A stretch of DNA of 32,000 nt. It comes from Zymomonas mobilis subsp. mobilis ATCC 10988. GTDB lineage: Bacteria; Pseudomonadota; Alphaproteobacteria; Sphingomonadales; Sphingomonadaceae. Shown piece by piece: positions 25,654 to 32,000 of the stretch. Positions within the stretch are counted from its first letter, which is position 1; each line of letters starts with the position of its first letter. Below the pieces are notes generated by a model, which ran no database searches, was not told where the DNA came from, and was given only the letters and a program-made list of their open reading frames with translations. Location of the stretch: positions 870,001 through 902,000 of the forward strand of contig NC_017262.1 in assembly GCF_000175255.2 (NCBI RefSeq), written 5' to 3'. A program made the translations under genes and the position numbers.

Positions 25654-26250
25654 ATGGCGCTTATTCTCGCTTCTTCTTCCAAAATCAGATCAGCCCTTTT
25701 GACTGCCGCCGGTGTGCCTTTTGCCATCCAGACTGCCGAAGTTGAGGAGACCGCGATCAAGGAAAAATGGCAGGCTGAAAAGCGGGATAATAGCCAGCTG
25801 GCGCTCACTCTCGCCGAAGCCAAGGCACAAGCCGTCGCGGATCATTATCCCGATGATCTTGTTTTAGGGTGTGACTCAACTGTCATGACGGAAGAAGGTG
25901 CCTTGTTGAGCAAGCCCGTCAGCCGACAAGATGCCGCCGATCATCTCCGGTTATTGGCTGGAAAATCACATATTCTGACCAGTGCCGTCGCCATTATTGA
26001 AAAAGGCAAAACGGTTTTTCGCCATCACGACAGCGCCACTTTGACGATGCGCGCTTTTTCCGACAGCTTTCTCTCTCATTATCTTGATCAGGAATGGCCA
26101 GAAATCGGCTATTGCGTAGGTGGCTACCGCCTGGAAGGCCTCGGTATTCAACTTTTTGAAGCTATCCAAGGCGATCATTTTACGATTATGGGGCTTCCAC
26201 TGCTTCCTTTGCTTGCCTATTTGCGTAAAGCCTCAATAGTAGAGGCATGA
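25654..26250 (+). CDS. maf: Maf-like nucleoside triphosphate pyrophosphatase
   Basis: 198-aa ORF with RBS AGGAAA. Maf pattern [30 protein letters not shown]. It is the first gene of the conserved maf-aroE-coaE-dnaQ block. Confidence 0.9.
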   Translation: MALILASSSKIRSALLTAAGVPFAIQTAEVEETAIKEKWQAEKRDNSQLALTLAEAKAQAVADHYPDDLVLGCDSTVMTEEGALLSKPVSRQDAADHLRLLAGKSHILTSAVAIIEKGKTVFRHHDSATLTMRAFSDSFLSHYLDQEWPEIGYCVGGYRLEGLGIQLFEAIQGDHFTIMGLPLLPLLAYLRKASIVEA

Positions 26251-27128
26251 GCAATACAGAAAATAAACGCCCCGTCCCCGCCACTGCCGGTGTGATCGGT
26301 TGGCCAATCGCCCATAGCCAGTCTCCGGCGCTGCACCGCTTTTGGTTGGAAGCCTGCGGCATCAATGGCGATTACAGTCGTTTTCCCGTGCATCCCGACC
26401 ATCTCGCCCAAGCTATCAAGGCGTTACCCGCATGGGGGATGCGCGGGGTCAATGTCACGGTGCCGCATAAACAAGCTGTCATTCCGTTACTGGATGAGAT
26501 TGACCCGCTGGCTGAAAAAGCAGGCGCCGTAAATATTGTCAGGGTAGCCGAAGACGGTCGCTTGCAAGGCTATAACAGCGACATTACCGGCTTCATGGAA
26601 GCACTCCAACCAGCCATAAAAGCCCAAGGGGCAGGTCTGCGGAAAGCCTTCATCGTTGGTGCGGGTGGAGCTGCTCGCGCCGTGGCTTTGGGGCTGACCG
26701 AGGCCGGTTTCACCTGCCAGATCGTCAACCGCAATTTTGAAAAAGCCCGCGCTTTGGCAAGGGATATCGGGGCATTGCGCGGCGACATCGAATTTCACAG
26801 TCTGGAAGACAATCGCGAACCCGAATTTACGCTTCAGGATGGCGAATTAGGGGTAATCGTCAATGCCACGACTTTGGGGATGTCTGGCCAGCCGCCGCTT
26901 GATCTCAGCCTTGAAAAGGTCGATCCGCGCAGTCTTGTCTATGACATCGTTTACGTTCCTTTGGAAACGCCTTTGTTAAAGGCCGCAAAAGCGCGCGGGA
27001 TGCAGACAATAGACGGTCTTTCGATGTTGATCGGACAAGCTGCCGCCGCCTTTGAACTCTTTTATGATCGTAAACCCCCGCGCGACCAAGATCAGGCTTT
27101 GCGGGCGTTACTGACCAAGAAAGCATAA
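26247..27128 (+). CDS. aroE: Shikimate 5-dehydrogenase AroE
   Basis: ATGA overlap with the maf stop. Motifs [29 protein letters not shown] and the Rossmann motif GAGGAARAV. Confidence 0.93.
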   Translation: MSNTENKRPVPATAGVIGWPIAHSQSPALHRFWLEACGINGDYSRFPVHPDHLAQAIKALPAWGMRGVNVTVPHKQAVIPLLDEIDPLAEKAGAVNIVRVAEDGRLQGYNSDITGFMEALQPAIKAQGAGLRKAFIVGAGGAARAVALGLTEAGFTCQIVNRNFEKARALARDIGALRGDIEFHSLEDNREPEFTLQDGELGVIVNATTLGMSGQPPLDLSLEKVDPRSLVYDIVYVPLETPLLKAAKARGMQTIDGLSMLIGQAAAAFELFYDRKPPRDQDQALRALLTKKA

Positions 27129-27140
27129 ACAAGGGATCAT

Positions 27141-27734
27141 ATGATTATTTTAGGCCTGACCGGCTCCATTGCCATGGGGAAATCAACGGTTTCCCGTCTT
27201 TTTACGCAAATGAAGCGCCCTGTTTTTGATGCCGATAAAGTCGTGCATCAATTACAAGCCCCTAATGGACGATTACTCTCCGCAATCGGTCAGGCCTTTC
27301 CTGGGGTTATTGATGAAAAAGGCGTGAACCGCCAAAAACTCGGCGCACAGCTCCTACAAAAACCCGAAGGTTTTCGCCGCCTCGAAGCAATCATCCATCC
27401 AGCCGTTGTCGAAGAACTCCATCTGTTTTTACGAAAAAACCGCAGTCACCCTCTGGTGATTGTCGATATCCCTCTGTTATTCGAGGCCGGTTTTACCCGT
27501 TCGGTCGATTATATCGCGGTGGTTTCCGCGCCCTATTGGATACAAAAAAGACGGGCATTATCGCGCCCCAATATGACCGAATCACGCTTTCGTGGATTGC
27601 TGGCACGCCAATGGCCAGACCGCAAAAAAAGACAACAGGCCGATTTTATTATTGAGAATGGCCGCAATATTATCGCCCTTGCCGCGCAAGTCAGGCAGAT
27701 CACCGGTTGCCTTGTCGGACAAGGTAGCCGATAG
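27141..27734 (+). CDS. coaE: Dephospho-CoA kinase CoaE
   Basis: 197-aa ORF with RBS AAGGGA and P-loop GLTGSIAMGKST. The remainder is CoaE-like (DADKVVHQL, DIPLLFE). Confidence 0.92.
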   Translation: MIILGLTGSIAMGKSTVSRLFTQMKRPVFDADKVVHQLQAPNGRLLSAIGQAFPGVIDEKGVNRQKLGAQLLQKPEGFRRLEAIIHPAVVEELHLFLRKNRSHPLVIVDIPLLFEAGFTRSVDYIAVVSAPYWIQKRRALSRPNMTESRFRGLLARQWPDRKKRQQADFIIENGRNIIALAAQVRQITGCLVGQGSR

Positions 27735-27741
27735 TGCCGTT

Positions 27742-28446
27742 ATGCGCGAAATTGTCTTTGATACCGAAACCACCGGCCTCAGCCCCATTAACGGCGATCG
27801 TCTGGTTGAAATCGGTTGTGTCGAGCTGATCAACAAGGTTGAGACAGGTAACAGCTTTCATTGCTATTTTAATCCCGAACGGCCAATGGATGCCGTCGCG
27901 GAATCGATCCATGGTTTGTCTGATGCCTTTTTGGCAGACAAGCCGCTTTTTGCCGACAAAGCGCAAGAATTGCTTTCCTTTATCAAATTGTCGCCTTTGG
28001 TCGCCCATAATGCGGCCTTCGATTTTGGCTTTTTGAATTACGAATTGGATAAATGCGGCCTTCCGACCATTTGTATGACCCGAATGGTCGATACCTTGGC
28101 GATTGCGCGCGGCAAACATCCCGGTGCCAAACATACCCTTGACGCATTATGTACCCGCTACGGTATTGACCGCAGCCATCGTGTCAAACATGGCGCCTTG
28201 CTCGATGCCGAATTGCTGGCACAGCTTTATGTCGAACTGACAGGCGGACGGCAAATCGGTATGGCCTTGGATGACAATAACGGCCAATCCGATGGACGCT
28301 TGTCTGTCCCGAACACGGTTTCCGGTCTACCTCGTAATAAAAAGGTCAAAAGACAACCGAGACCCCACGAGGCCAGCCCACAAGAATTATTGCGTCACGG
28401 CGCGTTTATCGACAAAATTTCTAATCCTGTCTGGCGTCGGGCGTGA
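27742..28446 (+). CDS. dnaQ: DNA polymerase III epsilon subunit (3'-5' proofreading exonuclease) DnaQ
   Basis: Starts MREIVFDTETTGL (Exo I). Contains AHNAAFDFGFL (Exo II) and HGALLDAELLAQLY (Exo III-epsilon). ATG 27742 lies 7 nt after the coaE stop. The ORF-track start 27592 runs through the coaE 3' end. Confidence 0.93.
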   Translation: MREIVFDTETTGLSPINGDRLVEIGCVELINKVETGNSFHCYFNPERPMDAVAESIHGLSDAFLADKPLFADKAQELLSFIKLSPLVAHNAAFDFGFLNYELDKCGLPTICMTRMVDTLAIARGKHPGAKHTLDALCTRYGIDRSHRVKHGALLDAELLAQLYVELTGGRQIGMALDDNNGQSDGRLSVPNTVSGLPRNKKVKRQPRPHEASPQELLRHGAFIDKISNPVWRRA

Positions 28447-28558
28447 AACAAAATCTAGGTTTCTGACGTTAATAAAGACGGATGTGATCATTTTCTCTTT
28501 TTGAGAGATTTGGGGCTTATAAGTTACAAGATTTTTTAAGTGCATGGAGGGAGTCAAG

Positions 28559-29161
28559 ATGGATATCCGTATTTCCGGCCATCAGATTGATACGGGCGCG
28601 GCTTTAAGAGAATATGTCAATGACCATCTTAGCCAGATCGTCAGCAAATATTTCCCCAAATGCCTAAGCGCCTCTGTCACTTTCGGTAATCGTCGCCACG
28701 CTATTATTTCCTGCGATATTATTATCCATGCCATGCGGGATATTATTCTGAAAGCAGGCGGCATAGACAAAGACGCCCATGCCGCTTTCGATCAGGCCGC
28801 CGCCAAGATTGAAAAACAATTACGGCGACATCACCGACGTTTACAGACCCGCATCCAGCAAAATACGCCTTCTATTGATGAAGCCGCTATCGCCCTTACG
28901 GAGGCAACAGCCAAGGCGGATCAGGATAACGCGCATTATACGGTCTTTGACATTGAAGAGGATGAAAAAGAACAAGGCGATCATCCTCCCGTCATTGCCG
29001 AAATGCAGGTTGATATTCCAACAGCCAGCGTTTCCGATGCTGTTTTGATGCTCGATCTTCGCAACACGACGGCTTTGCTCTTCGTGAACAGCAAATCGGG
29101 TCATCATAATATGGTTTATCGTCGGGTAGATGGTACCATCGGTTGGGTTGAGCCGCGATAG
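28559..29161 (+). CDS. hpf: Ribosome hibernation promoting factor, long form (HPF)
   Basis: ATG 28559 is preceded by GGAGGGAG. N-terminal sigma54-modulation/YfiA fold (MDIRISGHQIDTGAALREYV). An acidic linker is followed by a C-terminal dimerisation domain (MLDLRNTTALLFVNSKSGHHNMVYRRVDGTIGWVEP). Confidence 0.9.
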   Translation: MDIRISGHQIDTGAALREYVNDHLSQIVSKYFPKCLSASVTFGNRRHAIISCDIIIHAMRDIILKAGGIDKDAHAAFDQAAAKIEKQLRRHHRRLQTRIQQNTPSIDEAAIALTEATAKADQDNAHYTVFDIEEDEKEQGDHPPVIAEMQVDIPTASVSDAVLMLDLRNTTALLFVNSKSGHHNMVYRRVDGTIGWVEPR

Positions 29162-29191
29162 TCGTTAAATATTCAGATAGACGGAGATAAT

Positions 29192-29250
29192 AAACGGGAG
29201 AGAGGTCGCTCCCTCTTTTCAAGAGAATTATCGACCCCTCTCCCCCGTTT
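29192..29250 (+). other. Long imperfect hairpin in the hpf-ptsN spacer, overlapping an alternative terminator-like hairpin (29196..29220)
   Basis: 29192..29208 pairs with 29232..29250: 16 bp with a CC bulge and one A/C mismatch. It is capped by CTCTT-TTC-AAGAG (29213..29225). Alternatively, GGGAG (29196..29200) pairs with CTCCC (29209..29213) and is followed by TCTTTTC. Confidence 0.5.
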
Positions 29251-29281
29251 CCGGAAGGAATATTGCTAGAATTTTGACTTT

Positions 29282-29312
29282 ATTTTCTGAAAGGCCGTGT
29301 CTTTCAGAAAAT
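29282..29312. promoter_or_regulatory. Perfect 12-bp inverted repeat, candidate operator upstream of ptsN
   Basis: ATTTTCTGAAAG (29282..29293), spacer GCCGTGT, then CTTTCAGAAAAT (29301..29312). It lies 50-80 nt upstream of ptsN ATG 29362. Neither side has a U-tail, so it is not terminator-like. Confidence 0.4.
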
Positions 29313-29361
29313 GTCTGATGCTGCGATCTTTGCAATCGTGGGCATATAAAGGCGAAAAAAC

Positions 29362-29823
29362 ATGAATGAACTGGCCGATATAATCGCGCCGGACAGGATT
29401 GAGGTGAATTTCAATCCTTCTAACAAAAAAACACTCTTCCAGCAGGTTGCCCAATGGGCTGGGCGAGAATTTCTAATTAACCCCAAGGTTATCGCCGAAC
29501 GGTTACATGAAAGAGAAACGCTCGGTTCGACAGGTTTTGGTCACGGTATTGCGATACCACATGGCAAGCTCGACAGCCTGAAAAAAGTCTCCGGCTTTTT
29601 TGTCCGCCTGAAAGAACCGATCGAATTTGATGCCGTGGATAAATTGCCGGTTGATCTGTTGTTTTTCCTGTTTTCTCCAACAGAAGCCGGCATCGACCAT
29701 TTACGCAGCTTGGCTTGCGTCAGTCGTCGGCTACGGGATGAAACTTTGCGGGCAAAATTGCGGGGGGCTGGCTCTCGTGATGCGCTTTATGCGTTGCTGC
29801 TCGATGACGGCGGTCATGCCTGA
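29362..29823 (+). CDS. ptsN: Nitrogen-related PTS component EIIA-Ntr (PtsN)
   Basis: 153-aa ORF with the PTS EIIA type-2 active-site region STGFGHGIAIPHGK. Position immediately after hpf is as in many proteobacteria. Confidence 0.9.
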   Translation: MNELADIIAPDRIEVNFNPSNKKTLFQQVAQWAGREFLINPKVIAERLHERETLGSTGFGHGIAIPHGKLDSLKKVSGFFVRLKEPIEFDAVDKLPVDLLFFLFSPTEAGIDHLRSLACVSRRLRDETLRAKLRGAGSRDALYALLLDDGGHA

Positions 29824-30161
29824 TGACAGAACCACGTCTGGCCACGCATATCTTGGTAAAAGCCTTGTTACGGCAGATGGATACTGCCGGACAATCGATG
29901 ATGGTGCTCAAAAAGGGCGAAGCCGAAGCAGGCAGCTTGATTTTGGTCATCACGGAACAAGGTCGCCCGCTCTATTTGCTTGAACGGGCATTCCTTCCCG
30001 AAGGTCGCTATGGCTGGGGACGCGCGGCCATTGCCGAGAATGCGGATGAATCTGAATTCACCCGCTATATCGACAAGCGGAAACGCTTTGACCCCGATCT
30101 ATGGATTATCGAATTGGAAGGACGGCAAAGCGAAAGCCTTGCCCTTTCCCTTCTCGCCTAA
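29823..30161 (+). CDS. DUF1491-family protein (alphaproteobacterial, function unknown)
   Basis: 112-aa ORF whose ATG shares one base with the ptsN TGA (TGATG). The pattern L.T.ILV.ALLR......G...MVLKKG...AG.L.LV, followed by W, resembles DUF1491 as I remember it. Confidence 0.75.
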   Translation: MTEPRLATHILVKALLRQMDTAGQSMMVLKKGEAEAGSLILVITEQGRPLYLLERAFLPEGRYGWGRAAIAENADESEFTRYIDKRKRFDPDLWIIELEGRQSESLALSLLA

Positions 30162-30164
30162 AAA

Positions 30165-30767
30165 TCAGCGGCGCAGCACAGGGCCCATCATCGGCTTTTT
30201 AACAATGGGCTGCGCCGTATCCAAAATTTTCACAATAGCCGAAGATCGACCATCCTGTCCGGCATAATCCAAAGCTGAACGTCCGGCGATATGATCTTTG
30301 ATGGACGGATCAGCATGATTATCGACCAGCAATCTGACCATTTGTAAATTGCGGTTTTGCACGGCAATAATCAACGGGGTCTGACCGCTATTATCGGTAA
30401 TATTGGGATCGGCACCGCCTTCCAGTAATAATTGCGCGCCATCTGCCCAACCGATCTGGGTTGCCACCATCAAAGGCGTTTGCCCCGCCTTGTTTTTAGC
30501 ATCGACCCGCGCTCTTTTATAAAGGAAATAGGCTAACCACGCATTATCCCGCCCTCTGGTTGTCAGATGCAAAGCGGTGTCGCCCGTGTTATAATCCTTA
30601 CTGTCGATGATGCTGGGCTGACGATCGACAAGGGTCGTAATCTGAGTAGTGTCATGATCACGAACCGCTTTTAGAAAAGTATAGTTATCACTCTCCGCCT
30701 GTGCCGCTATCGGGGTCACAGCCAATCCCAAGGCCAATATAAAGCCGGAAATTTTTCTAAAAGACAT
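30165..30767 (-). CDS. Secreted ankyrin-repeat protein
   Basis: 200-aa ORF. Sec signal peptide (ISGFILALGLAVTPIAAQA-ES). At least three ANK repeats (GDTALHLT, GQTPLMVATQIGWADGAQLLLEGGADPN, GQTPLIIAVQNRNLQMVRLLVDNHADPS). Confidence 0.88.
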   Translation of the reverse strand: MSFRKISGFILALGLAVTPIAAQAESDNYTFLKAVRDHDTTQITTLVDRQPSIIDSKDYNTGDTALHLTTRGRDNAWLAYFLYKRARVDAKNKAGQTPLMVATQIGWADGAQLLLEGGADPNITDNSGQTPLIIAVQNRNLQMVRLLVDNHADPSIKDHIAGRSALDYAGQDGRSSAIVKILDTAQPIVKKPMMGPVLRR

Positions 30768-30946
30768 TTCTTTCTCCGCTTGGCGACATGGTTTTTCCTG
30801 TCACCCTTCTTTTTATACTTATCAATGGGCAATCAGGCTATTTTCATAATATTACAGGAAATATCACTACAAAAGGCCGGTTAACAGGTTATGGAAAAAT
30901 CCTGTTTCCTTTTCCAAAAAATTTTCCAATGCATAAAGGCTTATAA

Positions 30947-31381
30947 ATGATTGATCGTTTCTGGGAAAAAATTCCGTTGGACGCCATGAAAAGGGAGGAA
31001 TGGGAAGCCCTATGCGATGGCTGCGGCAAATGCTGTCTTTTCAAACTCGAAGATGAAGATACCGGCGATGTTGTTTATACCAATGTGGCCTGCCGCCTTT
31101 TAGATCGTGCCAGCGGCCAATGCTGTAATTACAAGCATCGCAAAAAATACGTTCCCGATTGCGTTCGTCTAGAGGTCTCGTTACTCGGCAAAATCCCGTG
31201 GCTTCCCGAAAGCTGCGCCTATCGCTTGCTCTACGAAGGCCAAGCTTTACCGGAATGGCATTATCTCCTTTGTGGTGATCGCGATGCCGTGCATCGGGTA
31301 GGTGAATCCGTCCAAGGCTGGACAGTATCCGAAGATCAAGCCGGTGATCTTGAAAATCACCTTGTCGAGCCTCCGATCTAA
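30947..31381 (+). CDS. ycgN: UPF0260 / YcgN-family Cys-rich protein
   Basis: 144-aa ORF collinear with E. coli YcgN (EWEALCDGCGKCCLFKLEDEDTG..YTNVACRLLD...C.CCNY, PDCV.L, WLPESCAYRLL.EG..LP.WH.LL). Confidence 0.85.
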   Translation: MIDRFWEKIPLDAMKREEWEALCDGCGKCCLFKLEDEDTGDVVYTNVACRLLDRASGQCCNYKHRKKYVPDCVRLEVSLLGKIPWLPESCAYRLLYEGQALPEWHYLLCGDRDAVHRVGESVQGWTVSEDQAGDLENHLVEPPI

Positions 31382-31429
31382 AAATGGGTCAATCAAAGCA
31401 TAAAAATCGCTATTTTTAGATGAATTTCT

Positions 31430-31450
31430 GGGGCATTTCGCCCCTTTTTG
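31430..31450 (+). terminator. Rho-independent terminator after ycgN
   Basis: GGGGC (31430..31434), loop ATTTC, GCCCC (31440..31444), then TTTTTG. Confidence 0.65.
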
Positions 31451-31637
31451 TTATTCAAAAATAAACGATGATAGTTGTCTATTTCGGGAAAATATTCGAT
31501 ATTCCTATTCAATTTTAAAATAATAATTTATATAAAACATCACTCTTAAAATTAAATTTTTATATTTTACTCTTCCTAATAATGTTGATACTTTCTCTTA
31601 CAAGTCTTTTTAAATAAATTTCTCTCTCACAGTTAAT

Positions 31638-31669
31638 GTTACACTATATTTCTAATACTATAATGTAAC
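31638..31669. promoter_or_regulatory. Inverted repeat overlapping a TATAAT hexamer in the AT-rich island upstream of the last ORF
   Basis: GTTACACTATA (31638..31648) and TATAATGTAAC (31659..31669): 11 bp with one mismatch. A perfect TATAAT sits at 31659..31664, 65 nt upstream of ATG 31729. No convincing -35 element. Confidence 0.3.
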
Positions 31670-31728
31670 AAAAAAGAAGAAATATAAATTTTTTACTGAA
31701 GTAAAAATAAAACAATACGGAATTTGAT

Positions 31729-32000
31729 ATGGCTTTATGCCACGAAAAAGACAGACTTTTATTATCAGCTACGATGCCACATCTGCTACCGTCTCTGATT
31801 GGTCTTTATCTTTCGGTTTGTCCCTCCGGCCTCTGGGCGGAATCGATCGCTCTTCCGCCACAGGATGCCCAAAAACCATCGCCGTCTTTTTCCGAGCAAT
31901 CCCCAAACACAGATTTACCTAAAGCAGAGAAGATAGCCGAGACATCCAAGGCAACGGACAAGCCTCTTTCGTCCGACAGCCTTCCAAAGGCCAAAATGCC
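31729..32000 (+). CDS. 5' part of a probable secreted/lipoprotein-like low-complexity protein (runs off the window)
   Basis: The frame from ATG 31729 (or ATG 31774) is open to the window end, so it is absent from the ORF track. It reads MPHLLPSLIGLYLSVCPSGLWAES (signal-peptide-like, with a Cys), followed by a Pro/Ser/Lys-rich segment. Confidence 0.4.
   Translation, partial: MALCHEKDRLLLSATMPHLLPSLIGLYLSVCPSGLWAESIALPPQDAQKPSPSFSEQSPNTDLPKAEKIAETSKATDKPLSSDSLPKAKM

Noticed and set aside
25503-25745. 80-aa ORF in the AT-rich island running into maf
   Set aside because: Lys/Phe/Ile-rich translation dictated by 10-20% GC DNA, with no RBS. Its 3' part overlaps maf out of frame.
27700-28134. Antisense or alternative-frame ORFs of 100-156 aa within dnaQ (27700..28134), cheY (3843..4184), corC (8524..8895), miaB (5126..5515), cheB (2040..2378) and the AKR gene (15955..16425)
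   Set aside because: Each overlaps a gene with unambiguous catalytic motifs in another frame. The translations are Arg/Ser/Pro-rich nonsense typical of off-frame reading of roughly 50% GC coding DNA.
31737-31994. ORF-track entries 31737..31922 (+) and 31806..31994 (-)
   Set aside because: A different plus frame (from ATG 31729/31774) is open to the window end and has a signal-peptide-like start. The listed ORFs are probably shadows of it.
1-32000. Window-wide scan for tRNA/rRNA genes, CRISPR repeats, IS elements, integrases, toxin-antitoxin pairs or known defence-system genes
   Set aside because: None found. No T-loop-like GGTTCGAATCC motifs in the spacers, no regularly spaced direct repeats outside the Sel1 coding repeats, and no transposase, integrase or nuclease-like ORFs in any frame.

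Overview
Gene-dense chromosomal window with about 34 CDS. It reads like core alphaproteobacterial DNA. My guess is Zymomonas mobilis or a close Sphingomonadales relative. That guess rests only on recognised protein motifs, the maf-aroE-coaE-dnaQ block, and roughly half-GC coding DNA next to extremely AT-rich spacers; I could not verify it. Left to right: (1) the tail of a chemotaxis operon (cheA'-cheR-cheB-cheD, then cheY and cheW, strong terminator); (2) miaB-phoH/ybeZ-ybeY-corC; (3) a beta-propeller sugar dehydrogenase; (4) a minus-strand block of grxB, an orphan 145-aa protein and a secreted Sel1-repeat protein; (5) an OprB porin, an aldo-keto reductase and an AppA-like histidine acid phosphatase; (6) glycerate kinase (minus); (7) a bPH+SHOCT protein, glmS and a TauE/SafE permease; (8) a decapitated MarR-like remnant abutting a second secreted Sel1-repeat gene (minus); (9) maf-aroE-coaE-dnaQ and hpf-ptsN-DUF1491; (10) a secreted ankyrin-repeat protein (minus), ycgN, and the 5' end of a secreted low-complexity protein. 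I saw no rRNA, tRNA, CRISPR array, transposase or integrase. I do not see a convincing new multi-gene system. The best second-look candidates are: (a) the two Sel1-repeat genes, each behind an extreme AT-rich island, one sitting on a truncated regulator gene; (b) the structured hpf-ptsN spacer, with mutually exclusive hairpins and a 12-bp perfect palindrome; (c) translational coupling of ptsN to a DUF1491 gene; (d) several orphan ORFs. All functional calls come from motif and family recognition by eye; no database search was possible.
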